Shown: piece by piece, positions 25,291-38,082 of the stretch
Layout: the number at the start of each line of letters is the position of its first letter
Position numbering within the stretch: position 1 is the first letter of the stretch
NCBI RefSeq assembly: GCF_001194135.2
Contig: NC_068989.1
Coordinates: 70,183,359-70,247,358, forward strand
Reading direction: 5' to 3'
Source: Octopus bimaculoides
Taxonomy: Eukaryota
DNA: 64,000 bases
Translations under genes and position numbers: made by a program
Notes under the pieces: generated by a model
What the model saw: only the letters and a program-made list of their open reading frames with translations
Told to the model about the DNA's origin: nothing
Database searches by the model: none

Positions 25291-25386
25291 TATTTAGCGG
25301 AAACAGCAGAGTGACTCAAGATCTGAGAGTTTCATGCATTGGCACTTATCTCAGATAATGAATCACTCTGTTGCTTCTGCTAAATA
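25291..25386. other. 96-nt fold-back hairpin
   Basis: 38-nt arms (25291-25328 and 25349-25386): 32 Watson-Crick pairs plus 2 G-U pairs, 20-nt loop. Confidence 0.8.
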
Positions 25387-25397
25387 CTCTTTTTTTT

Positions 25398-25610
25398 TTT
25401 TCTACTCTAGGCACAAAGCCTGAAATTTTGGGGAAGGGGGCTAGTGAATTAGATCGACCCTAGTACGCAACTGGTACTTAATTTATTGTCACCAAAAGGG
25501 TGACAGGAAAAGTCGACCTCAGCAGAATTTGAACTCAGAACATAAAGACAGACAAAATACCGCTTAGCATTTCACCCGGCATGCTAATGTTTCTGCCAGC
25601 TCACCACCTT
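25398..25610 (-). mobile_element. SINE family B
   Basis: tctactctaggcacaaagcc...gatcgaccctagtacgcaactggtac...gaatttgaactcag...tctgccagctcacc. Further copies at 33015-33230, 40470-40690 (+) and 55830-56045. Confidence 0.8.
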
Positions 25611-27597
25611 GCTTCTGTCAAATATTAATAAAAATCTACATATACTCATATTTTGAGTTCTATTTTTTCCTGTTCACACCAACACACCTATATATATATA
25701 TATACATNNNNNNNNNNNNNNNNNNNNNNNNNNNNNNNNNNNNNNNNNNNNNNNNNNNNNNNNNNNNNNNNNNNNNNNNNNNNNNNNNNNNNNNNNNNNN
25801 NNNNNNNNNNNNNNNNNNNNNNNNNNNNNNNNNNNNNNNNNNNNNNNNTATAAAATAAAAGATATTAGCTTTAAAAATTCTGGCTATAGAGTTAACTTTA
25901 TTAAGAAAGGATTGCTTTCTCACTGCAATTTGTGTTTAAAGTTTAAACTATTTACTTTGAATTTTCTTCAAGTGTTTATCACTTTTTGAGCTGTTCTTAA
26001 TTGTCATCCAGGTGCAAAATTTAAATTGGTTTTACTTTCACTGGTATAGGAGCTTCAATTTATAATGAGTAGAGTGACTTGTATGCACCTGTTGGGTGAT
26101 CCTCTCTTCCTCTTTCTTTCCATTTCTACCCCCACTCTCTCTGTCTTGCTTTCTCTTTCATTTTCTCAATAACTTCAGATGTAATTTCCAATTTAGTTAA
26201 CTAGCACTGTTACCGCTTCAAATTTAAACAAGAAATTCAAAGCAGGCTGGAAGCTAATTTCTTATTTCAAACAGTAAGCGAGAAGGACAAATATAATTAT
26301 TTCTAGAATATTGTCAAAATGAAAAGATTAGATTTTTGAATAAACATTACTTGCATCTATTTTAGTTAAACACAAACAAGACAAAAAAAAACTGTCACAC
26401 TTGAAAAATAAAATCTGCTAATTGCATTTACAAAGTAAAATTACATTTGTTTATACTATTAAAGTCAGTGTTGTTGAGATATTGATATCATCAGTGGAGT
26501 ATTATGTAATATAGTTTAATTATGTTGGGGGAAACATTGGTTAGAAGCTTTACATTGTTGAGTGTGTTATTAAGAGATTGTACACAGATGAGACAGTTTG
26601 GAAATGATTCACCATTGATCTGATAATTAGAAAATTATACTCTTGAGAAGATATTGTCCAAAGGTATATGTCTAGGAAATGCAGTTTAGAAGTTATGACC
26701 CAGTGTTATATTCATCATCATCATCATCATCATTGTTGTCGTCATTGCTAACATTGTCATCATTGTCATCATCACTAACATTGTTATCATCATCATCATC
26801 ATCATCGTTGTTGTCATCATCATCATTATTTGATAATCCTGTTTTCCATGCTAGCATGGGTTGGATGGTTCGACAGGAGCTAGAGGACTGCACCAAGCTC
26901 CATTGTCTGCTTTGACATGATTTTTACAGTGGGATGCCCTTCCTAACATCAACCACTTTACAGTGTGTGCTAGTGCTTTTTTTTTCTGTGATACTGGCAT
27001 TAGTGAGGTCATCAAGTACTTGCAAGGCAAGACCCATTAATATGCATGCATGTATGTATGTATGTATGTATGTATGTATGTATGTATGTATGCATTATAT
27101 ATGACATTAACAGACTTGAATTTACTTTCTTTGATTCAATAATTGCAAAAAGAATTAAGCAATGTTGGTACTCATATATGCTTTATATTCTCTAAAAATG
27201 CTTTATAGGCACAGGAGTGGCTGTGTGGTAAGTAGCTTGCTTACCAACCACATGGTTCCAGGTTCAGTCCCACTGCGTGGCGTCTTGGGCAAGTATTGAA
27301 GAATGTGAAAGTATGACAGAGAGATAGAAACAGATGTCTTGCCAAAGAGGTGAATCCGTGGCTTCCTCAGCTGGAAAAATAGAGAGAGAGAGACGGTGAG
27401 AGCATACTCTCAAAGCACAAGGTGAATATGAAGGTGAGAGAGAGAGAAAGAAAAAGGGAATTGTGAAACAGAAAGAGTGGGCGAGCAAGTGCATTAGAGT
27501 GTGACAGATGATTGAAGATGGGGAATTGTTGCATAAATATACTTGGTGCTTCAGCATGGCCAGGAGTTCAGTGCTTTGAACAAACAAATAAGAGAAT

Positions 27598-28028
27598 ATA
27601 CTCTTTACTTTACTCTTTTATTTGTTTCAGTCATTTGACCGCGGCCATGCTGGAGCACCACTTTTAGTCGAACAAATCGACCCCAGGACTTATTCTTTGT
27701 AAGCCTAGTACTTATTCCATTGTTCACTTTTTGCCGAACTGCTAAGAAACGGGGACGTAAACACACCAGCATCAGCTGTCAAGCGATGTGTGTGTGGGGG
27801 GGGGGACAAACACAGACACACAAAAACACACACACACATATATATATATACATATACATATATACGATGGGCTTCTTTCAGTTTCCATCTACCAAATCCA
27901 TTCACAAGGCTTTGGTCAGCCTGAGGCTATAGTAGAAGACACTTGCCCAAGATGCCATGTAGTGGGACTGAACCTGGAACCATGTGGTTGGTAAGCAAGC
28001 TACCTGCCACACAGCCACTCCTGCGCCT
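27598..28028 (-). mobile_element. SINE family A, young full-length copy
   Basis: Retains many CpGs (gaccgcggcc, gtcgaac, acggggacgt). Internal (CA)(TA) tract at 27820-27865. Confidence 0.85.
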
Positions 28029-28907
28029 ATAAAGCATTTTTAGAGAATATAAAGCATATATGACTACCAACATTGCTTAATTCCTTTTGCAATTATTGAA
28101 TCAGAGAAAGTAAATTCAACTCTGTTAATGTCATATATAATGCATACATACATACATGCATACATACATACATACATACATACATAGTTTGCTTTCTATT
28201 AACCAATGATAGATATTTTTGCCGCACAATAGCATACATCCATTCCTGCTGTATGGAGTACAATTTGGCATCAGGAATGATCTTGTAAGTTATCCCCTCC
28301 TAATTCCATCAGATGCAGAGTATTACCTTGTGTTTGAAATCCCTTAACCACACACCATTACCTGCACTTACTCATTCCTACCCCCATATATATAATATAT
28401 GGTTTATATTATAATGTGCACCTTATATTTTATGTTTCCCAAACTCTTTTTAACTGTCTTATTTTTTGTTTCATTTTATTTTTCATCATTTATTCTACTT
28501 TTTTGCTTTCACCTTCTTTAAACTATCTTTACTTCTTTTTTATATTTGACACTGAGGCAAGAATTATCTTGATTTTGGAAAGAAGAATATTACCTGCAGT
28601 GACATGGATCAAACAACTTTGCATGCTCCTTCCTTCTCTGAAAATATTCTTCCATCCAATCAAAATGAAGTTAATGTTTGTTGTATCACAAAGGGAGATA
28701 ACTGAATAATGGTTCTGTTTAAGACTAACACGGAGCATTTATTAAATGAAAATTGAGAGAATTATGTGACTGCAATGCCTATTAACAACATCAATGACTA
28801 CATTAAAAGCAAGAAATATCAGAGAACTTTTTAAAAAATTCCTCGATTTTTCCGTCACCTGTTAATTTATATCTTTCACTTCTCTCTCTCTCTTTTCCTC
28901 TCTCCTG

Positions 28908-29006
<99 letters not shown>

Positions 29007-30229
29007 TCTCCCCGCTCTTTCTCTGATTTTTTTAGCACCTTAACTTCTATAATTACTGCATTTGCTAACATTATTATTGATACTTTACTGTGTCTAATTA
29101 TAATGTTTCAGAAGTTGATTGCAGCTGAAGCAATTTTCTGTCCAATCTTATTTCTTCTGCAGCTGCCAATATAAGACTAAAGAAATGAAGAAATTATTCC
29201 ACCTCACGATGTTGTAAGCATCTTTAACATTGTCTGCATGATATCACCAATACTGAATGGCATTAATGTTAGAATTTCAAGCTACGGAACTTTCACTCAC
29301 ACACATAGTTTGTTTACTGAAATAAAATGGAAACAAATCTCTCCAAGTTGGAACCAAGCAATTACAAATATACGACTGGATTTTAGTTTCAATATAAACA
29401 CAATGGCTGTGTGGTTAAGAAATGCTAAAGTCGTAATGGGAACTAGTTTTCCTGTTCCTTGTCATGGAATGTTGTGGCAATTGCTCTCTAAGACAGCTCT
29501 GAACACGTCGCAGCCAGTTGTATGAAATAAAGGAGGGAGAAAAATAACAACAGGGGACTGTGTCATTTCACCAGTAGACTTCATATTTACTACTTGTTTT
29601 TACACCCCTCTAAGAAATATACCCTTTCTTGCTAACTTTCGCTAACTAGCTTATAATTTACTACTATTTGAATTTTTTTTTCCCTTCCTCTCCCTGATTT
29701 TCTCTGTCTATATTTATCCAGTTACTTATATATATCTTATTCTTTCTTTTTTTACATTCACCTGTACCTCTTGTAAACACCATGTTTTCACAGTGAGAGG
29801 TTGTTTACATAAATTCATTGGAAATATATTAAGCAGAACTATTTTCTTTTATAATAATTCTGTTTTTGTAGTATTGAGATATAATCTGAATGCAACTTGT
29901 TTTCAAATCTAATAATGCTGACTCAGAAGACATGATGCAATCAAACTGAATTAGCAAAACGTTTCTATATTTCTTTTTGAGTAAACACTGTGCCAGACCT
30001 ATTGGTCTAACAGAGTAACACAGTGCAAACACACTGTTAAAATCACAACATAGAAGAAATCCAGCTCAGCTTGTGCTGTTCTGAAATTTTCATTCATATT
30101 TCAGTGATTAGGTGTAATCAGGTTTATATTTTATCATGGTTTTAAGAGAGAGAAATAATCTAAAGAAGGAGCATGTTGTCCAGTCTTTGGACCAAAACTG
30201 GAACTTATAAGGAAGTTAGAGGTTGGATG

Positions 30230-31700
30230 CTCTTATAATTCGGTAGTGAATATTTGTGAAGAAAATGGTGTTGTAAAGTGGTTTGGGATGTAGATAAGGC
30301 TAAAGATAAACTCACTGCAATATTCATTAAAATATCATATCCATGTAAATTCCAAATCATTATCTGTTGGAGTAAGGAAGCATCTAAGAGTTGTAAGAGA
30401 TACAAAACCTCAAGGATGTAATGATAAATTGATTTATTCATCAATGATCATGAAGTAACAATGTCCTTGGTGAAGAAATTCAAAATTTTACTACCAAGTT
30501 AACTAGATATGTGAGCATCAAGAATTTTAAAGCTAGTGATGGTAGGTAGCTATGGTGATGTAGAAATCACCATAGAATGAGTAATAAGAGAAGTGGAAGT
30601 GTTCAAGATGAAGTTAAATGGCTGAATTAAGTATTAAAGATATTTCATTTCACAGATGTATAATGAAAATGAAGCTGGATTTTATTGGTAATCACAATCT
30701 TAGAATAATCATGCTTTTAAGAATTAAGACTTTGTACCAGTTAGTAAATTAAATTAACAATATTTGTCAGTGTTGTTATGGGTAAATACAAACAACATGC
30801 ATCTTTAAAGTTAGTAGTGGTGGCAATGTCAGCACATGCTTCAGGTTTTGAATGATGCAATGCACCAAACATCAGTGCATTATCACCACTCCAAGAAATC
30901 ATGGTTCAACATGCATGTTTTTAACATTTTTTTTTTCTTGCATTTCATCCCTGAAGAGTGTAAGTACCATGAAAATGTCCTCAAATATCTTACTGTTGAG
31001 GTGAAAGCAATGTTAATTTTGGACAATGTGCCTGTTCAACAGAGTAGTCACCATATTATAAGTAATGATGAGAAAATAAGATTACCCCATGGTCCAATAA
31101 TTGTAGTCTGCAAATGATTATATCAATGAAGATATTTAGATGAAGTTCTTGTGGTGAAAGAAGTGGATAATATAAGGAAAGCCATACAAGGACAATGAAC
31201 TTTCAATAGTATCAAGAATTATAACCTCAAGTTAGCAATATTCAGTTTAGCAGCTCCATGGCAGACACTGAAAACAACCATTCTAACCAATGTTTGGAAT
31301 AACCTTCTGTACAATATAGAAGTAGAAGGTGATTTTGAAGAATTCTAGGCAAGCTGATGTTCATAATAGACCTTAGAGGTCAGATGAAATATATCACAAA
31401 AGATAATGACAGAATTTGACTAAAAGATACAGAAAGTACCTCTGGATATCAAATATTAATGGAAGAATAAACAGCAGAAATTTTGACTAGTGATAAAAGA
31501 GATAGTGAAGATGATGAAGTTGATGAACCATTTCTCAAGAAATCCAAACTGTCTGTTAAACGAAAATCTTTGATAATATCCTTTCATATATTGAATTATG
31601 AACAGAAACTGATATTCAGCAATATAATCTCAACACATTAAAGATCAGGTACATCAATAATTTACCACAAGTAAATGAAATTAATTCATGATATTAACAT
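30230..31700 (+). mobile_element. Degenerate pogo/Tigger-like transposon
   Basis: Scattered motifs in shifting frames: FKASDG (about 30526), NENEAGFYW (about 30662, NxDETG-like) and MLILDNVP (about 31011). Boundaries are approximate. Confidence 0.5.
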
Positions 31701-32214
31701 TTTAGCTTTTGCACAGTATAATTTTAAATAATTTTATAAAATATATGTTTATATAGTTATATAGTGTCTGTAGTACTTTCTATAATTTTGTTACTGTCTA
31801 TCATGTTCTGTGATTTTTTTTGTTTTTTTTTTTCTTCTGGTTTGTTTGTTTTCTTTAATAACTATTCTGGAGATTTACAGAGTGTGCATCCAAACATGAA
31901 AGTCTTTCCCATTTATCTCGGTTGATTTCCATTCAACGTGTAGATTTTATTTGGCAATACATTTCTTGACTTACTGGTCTACAGAAGGAATGTTCAATTC
32001 CAGTGTTTTCTTACTCCTAAACATTTCACATTCAGGGTATGTATTTCCAATATTGTTACACATCAGATGTAGCACCCCAACCCCACCCAAACGTGTTTCC
32101 TCATAACTGTCTTAATAATTGATTCTATCATAGATACAAAGCTAGAAAATTGAGTGGGGAGGTTAGTCAATTTTATTGACTACAGTACTTGACTAGTACT
32201 TTCTTTATTGGCCC

Positions 32215-32927
32215 TGAGAAAATAAAAGGCAATGCTGACCCCACTGTCTTCGGCACTTGACATTTTTATACAGAGCACATTTCTCGTTACCAGTTACTAT
32301 TCGGTCCAAAAAAGGTTCATTCATGAAATGTGACAGCAAAGAAGAGCATATATTCACTCTCTGTGCATGATTAGATTCAGAAAGTTTGTGAGGAACCCAT
32401 TGACCCAATTTACTAACTTTTCTGATGGCACACAGGTGTCTATGAATGGTTGAATGATGAAATCCAAGCCTCTCTGCTAGTTCCTCAACAGTTACAATGG
32501 GATTTTGTTCCACCAACATTTGCAGGATGTCCTCATCAAGCTGTACAGATATTCCAAGATGAGTCTCGTCTTCTAAGCTGTAGTTTCTGGCTCAGAATTT
32601 CTGGAACTAGCATTGACACTGGCTTATGCTTATCAGTCGATCCCCTTATACTGCATTGATATTCCACACACTTTCCATTGTGTTATTTCCTTTATTGCAC
32701 TCATAAAGCAAAATATGCCAAATATTCTCCTTTGTCACTTCCATTATAGCTTTGAAAAAATAACTTAAAATCAAACTGCACTCTTCAAAACTTGCACTAA
32801 GAATAAATACAAGGTAAAATTACTACCTGCTTTTATAGCAAGTTGATGCAGGTGGTTTATCCCACCCCACTCTGACTTTTAGTTCATACAATTGAAAAAA
32901 TCACATTATTTATGGGATGACCCAATA
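32215..32927 (-). mobile_element. mariner element, 5' portion
   Basis: TIR TATTGGGTCATCCCATAAATAATG at the right end. ORF 32205-32519 contains WVPHKL...FLDRIVTGNEK (decayed TGDEK). Truncated before the rest of the catalytic domain. Confidence 0.85.
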
Positions 32928-33418
32928 TATATGGGAAATTTTAGACCATTCAGCTTACAATGTATTAAAGACCGCTCTACATTTACATTTTGGTGAATCA
33001 ACAGAAATTAATAATCCCTTCTACTGAAGACAGAAGACCTTGAAATTTGGGGGGAGGGAACTAATCGATTACATCAAACCCTGTGTTTCACTGGTACTTA
33101 ATTTATCAACCCCAAAAGGATGAAAGGCAAAGTCAAGCTTGGTGGAATTTGAACTCAGAATGTAGCAACGAATGAAATACCACTAAGCATTTCACCCAGC
33201 GTGCTATCGATTCTGCAAGCTCACCACCTTAACAGAAATCAATAATGACAAGTAGGTGTATATGTTGATATACACACAACATACACACACCAAACACACA
33301 CACACACACACACATGTGCATGCACGCATGTGCTCATATGCACACACTGATATATTTACCTCTATGTGTGTGTGTACACACACACACACACATATATACA
33401 CACATATACTGAAGTATT

Positions 33419-33460
<42 letters not shown>

Positions 33461-33830
33461 TTAGTGAAATACTGATTGGGTAAATTAAATAAGGACATTC
33501 CTGGGAAATTTCTCTAGAAAGCCTTCAGTATGAAGAACATGTTGCTGAATGGAAAGTAACATGGTTTATAAAATGAATCAAAGTATAAGGCTTAATGGAT
33601 TGAAATTAATGTAAAAAGAGATCATCATCACCATTGATAATAAATGAAAACCATGGAAGGCAAGTTTGCTAGAGATCAGAACATGTTCAAGTTCGAAATA
33701 TCTAAAACAGATTAACGTTTTATTTGGAATGTATGATCACTTCATTAAAGAACCAAAGAACATACACATCACACGCAAAATGTTTATTCCCGTTGTTGTA
33801 CATACATACATATATAAATACATACATACA

Positions 33831-34285
33831 TGGCTACAGCAAATATTCTGCTCAATACTGCAGATTTGCTTGTCAGTTGTTTGACCTTAACCATTTGAAC
33901 ATGTCCCGTAGTGGCTGATGATATGTGCATCTCTGATCAGGAGCAGAAGTAGTGGGGGAGCATCATAGCCATGTGTTGAAAGGAATTCTTTGTGGTTTGA
34001 ATAATTCACCTCTGGAACCATAGGTGTTTCATTCAACATCCTTAAACAACCCTTATTCAAAGACCTTTTGAGTGGGATGGGCTACTCAAACTGAAGAAAA
34101 TTCTAACTGGGCCCCACCTGCAAGGTCATGTGCTGCTAATCTTGATATGAGATTACCATGTCACGCACATATGATTGTGAGGCATGTGCTTGGTGTACCC
34201 ATATCAGATGGGTAGTCATGATGGGTATACTGGGCTTTGTATATTTTATCCCAGTGTCACTTTGATGGCATGCACTGCTCTCTCA
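33831..34285 (+). mobile_element. Dispersed repeat family D (copy 1), embedded in (TACA)n
   Basis: About 450 bp co-linear with 55298-55750. Both copies end at gctctctca. Orientation is inferred from the shared right end. Confidence 0.75.
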
Positions 34286-35489
34286 TACATACATACATAC
34301 ATACATACAGCTATAATAATAAATACCAAAACGAAATTTTGTGTGTCAATGTGTCACACTTTGACGCCCTCTCTCACTATTCAATGACACTTCCACAATT
34401 CTTCATGATAGGATGAGAGTAATATTAGGCATAGAGATGGTAGTAGCTTCACGGCTGTGAGGGTAATAGAGTGATAATAATAGTATGAGGTTTAGTTGTG
34501 ATAGAGGTGGAGGCAACAGTGATGATGGTGATGGTGGTCAGTCAAGGATGATTGTCATAGTAAGCGATGTGAAACACAGCGGTGATGGTGGTGGAGTAAG
34601 CGATCTGAAAGAAAGTTGTGCTGGTGGTGGAAGGGAAGGCAGCAAAGTCAAAGGTATTGAAGGTGGTGGCATCAGAAGTCTGAATGGTGTGTGTATGACA
34701 GTTGTGGTGGCGATGGTGGTGGTACTGGTACTGGGGATGGCGATGGCTGAAAACAATCAACAGAGAGAGAGAGAGAGAGAAAGAGGTTAGACAGAAAAGA
34801 AAATTGTACTGACCCCTAAATGGGAAGACAAAAAATGTTTTTTATCATGCAGCTTTGCAATAAGTTCCAAGTTAACAAATTATGTCATTGTTTTGATGAA
34901 AATTGTTCATTGCTTGAAAAATATTGGTCAAGTTTAATAAAATTTATTAAGTACTCAAAGCATGAAGTGTCATTGTTGGGCCCACGGCCTAATGAAGAGC
35001 CCTCCATTGGAGTCAGCTAAAAAGCCGCCCTATCAGGCATAAGTGGAGTGACAGGGAAATGATAGGCTAAAGCAAAATTGAATTGCAGTCTGACCTTTGT
35101 CTATTCTCTCTCAACCAGTCACAATACAGATGTAATATGAGCATTCGCCTGGAATTATTTCTCAAATACAGACACTTAAAAATGGCATTACTGTATCAAT
35201 ATTTTTCTTTGATTCTTTCAATAGATTCAGTTATTAGGCTGCAGCCATCTTGAGGCATTGTTTCCAACGATTTAGTTGATTTTATTGACCTTCATTGTTT
35301 TGCCCAATACTCAAGTGTCATCTTCCCACCATACACACCTCCACACACTTATACATGCACGTGTACACCAATACATACATACACAGAAATGTATATATAC
35401 CTACATACACATATACATTTATACACAAAAATATAAATATATACACATGTATAAATATGCATACATATATAAAATATATAAATATATAT

Positions 35490-35755
35490 ACATTTTCATA
35501 TACAAGGTATTCCATCATCAGAGACAAGATATACATGCAGAAAATTTCTATGTGGAGATTTAGATAGAAAATTTGATGCAGAGCAAAGCATGAAGATTAA
35601 GGCTAACAGCTCATCCTGTTCCAAAGGATATGGGGAACAGGGTGAACTATGGGCCTTTATCATCATGCTTTTCTCTACATCAAATTTTCTACTTCCACAT
35701 AGAAATTTTCTGCATTGTCCCCAATGATGGAATGCCCTATATATGGAAATGTGGA
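35490..35755. repeat. Long inverted repeat with an 11-nt spacer, containing hammerhead halves
   Basis: Arms about 35490-35622 and 35634-35755. The left arm carries GTCT-CTGATGA-TGGAATACC on the minus strand (35505-35525). Confidence 0.8.
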
Positions 35756-35804
35756 TCGACACATTGATCCATTATCTGGGATATTCCAGAAACAGCTGTA
35801 AGAC
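35717..35804 (+). ncRNA. Hammerhead motif with a mutated core
   Basis: GTCC-CCAATGA-TGGAATGCCC...GGGATATTCCA-GAA-ACAGCTGT-A-AGAC. Confidence 0.65.
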
Positions 35805-35958
35805 ATTATTATTTACTTTTGTTTACTTTGATTCACCATTATAATGATTAAAATAATTTAAATAATCTGATAAGCTTGTCCTGCCTTCATTTTGTGTTCT
35901 TCTTCCTCTAATGTGTGTGTGTCTGTCTGTCTGTTTGTATGTGCGTGTGTGCAGGCGT

Positions 35959-36148
35959 GTGAGGGGGTACTGAAAAGTTCCTGGTTTTGAGTTAATTATG
36001 ATTTTATTCAACATACTCTCCTCTCAAAATCGCACACTCATTGCATTGGTCCTTCAGTTTTCCTAAGCCCTGTAAAAGAACTCGGAAGGTTTGGCCTCCA
36101 GCGAGGCCTTTTGTGATACCCTTGAAGCCAGGAACTTTTCAGCATGCG
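35959..36148 (-). mobile_element. mariner-derived MITE (internally deleted element)
   Basis: TIRs GAGGGGGTACTGAAAAGTTCCTGG / CCAGGAACTTTTCAGCA. The interior on minus encodes a mariner C-terminus (LQGLGKLKDQCNECAILRGEYVE*). Confidence 0.75.
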
Positions 36149-37261
36149 CATGTGTATGTAGTAGTAGAATACCTAGTGTTATCCAGGCTGAAAGTAAAGT
36201 AGTAATATATAATCCAGAATTATTCTTAATAAATGTATATTCAGTTTAATTATTATTGGGTTTCCCTTTTGAAACACTATCTTTCATGAAAGAAATAAAA
36301 TTGTTGTCTCCTAAGTCTATAATAGTCTAATGTCTGTTTTACTGTGTTACAGAGACACAGCATGCGTGAATACTATATTGCATATTTAAATTAGATATAT
36401 GTCACTATGTCAATGATATATATAGCTAATTTCATTATATTAAGAAAGAACAGAGGATTATATAAAAGTGAAGCCAGTTTTCATAGAAACTATTATTGTA
36501 CATAATTTCTTATCTTTATTTTTGATATTATCGAAGACATTAATGCTTGGTTTATCATCACTGTGTGAACAAATTAGAGACACTGATAAAACCAACTGTT
36601 GGCTGAGATCAGTATTGGACGTGCAAGTCCAATGATCACTGAAGGTTGCAGAGCAGATAAGTGCAGGAAACTTAGCTACTAAACATGTGGAATTAAAGCC
36701 ACATAAGGGCTTGCTGCTGGGAGAGGTTGACAGACAAAGAATGAGGGAGTAGCAGTGGTAGTAGCAGCTACAACAACACCAATAGGCCACAAAAGCTGTT
36801 GTTTCTTAACCATAGGCACAGGCATGGGTATGTGGTAAGAAGCTTGCTTCCCAACCACATGGTTCCAGATTCAGTTCCATTATATGGCACCTTAGGCAAG
36901 TGTCATCTGCTATAGCTTTGGGCCAACCAAAGCCTTGTGAGTGAATTTGGTAGATGAAAACTGAAAGAAACCTGGGTTTTTGAGCGAGATCGTTGCCAGT
37001 GCCCCTGGACTGGCTCTTGTGCGGGTGGCACATAAAAGACACCATTTCGAGCGTGGCCGTTTTCATGCAGGTGACACGTAAAAGCACCCACTACACTCTC
37101 TGAGTGGTTGGCATTAGGAAGGGCATCCAGCTGTAGAAACTCTGCCAAATTAGATTGGAGCCTGGTGTTGCCATCCGGTTTCACCAGTCCTCAGTCAAAT
37201 CGTCCAACCCATGCTAGCATGGAAAGCGGACGTTAAACGATGATGATGATGATGATGATGA

Positions 37262-37900
37262 TTAGACCCAGGAAGACTTGGGATGAGGTGCTGAAGCACG
37301 GCCTCACCGAGACAATGACTAGTGACCGAGACCTTCAGAAATATACTGTGCTTGAGAAGACCCGGCAGGCCAAGTGAGACCATAACCTGTGCCAGTGATG
37401 TAACCAGCCCATTTAGGCGTACCTTTCTTTCATTGGACACTAAACTATGCTTGTGAAGACCTGTTGAGGCAAGTGAAATCGGAATTGAATTCGATGACAG
37501 CACCGCATGACTTGCATCCGTGCTAGTGGAGCACTAAGAGCACCATCCAAGCATTATCGTGGCCTGGGCCCCTGCATGGCCCCCATGCCAGTGGCACGTA
37601 AAAAGTACCATTCGAGTGTGATTATTACCAGCATCGCCTTACTGGCACTTGTGCTGGTGATACGTGGAAAACACTATTTGAGCATGGCCGTTACCAGTAC
37701 TGCCTGACTGGCCTTTGAGCCAGTGGCACGTGAAAGCACTCACTACACTTTCAGAGTGGTTGGCATTAGGAAGGGCATCCAGCTGTAGCAACTCTGCAGA
37801 TTGGAACTTGGTGCAGCCATCTGGCTCACTAGTCCCCAGTCAAACCGTACAACCCATGCCAGCATGGAAAGCAGACATTAAACAATGATGATGATGATGA
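37262..37900 (+). mobile_element. RTE LINE 3' end (ORF terminus, 3' UTR and (GAT)n tail)
   Basis: RPRKTWDEVLKH...DRDL..EKTRQAK*, then a UTR with internal repeats and a gatgat tail. A similar copy lies at about 45640-46172. Confidence 0.8.
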
Positions 37901-37981
37901 TTAGAAAAAATAAGTTATTCAGAGATCTGGATGGTTGTACATATACAAATATTTATATATGTCCAACCATCCAGATCTCTG

Positions 37982-38023
<42 letters not shown>

Positions 38024-38034
38024 TAATATATATA

Positions 38035-38082
<48 letters not shown>

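Noticed and set aside
34420-34745. G/V/D-rich and H/T-rich ORFs
   Set aside because: Degenerate (GGT/GAT)n low-complexity sequence.
34980-35030. CTAATGAAGAGC...GCTAAAAAG hammerhead-like string
   Set aside because: Both core halves are mutated and there is no stem III or cleavage triplet.
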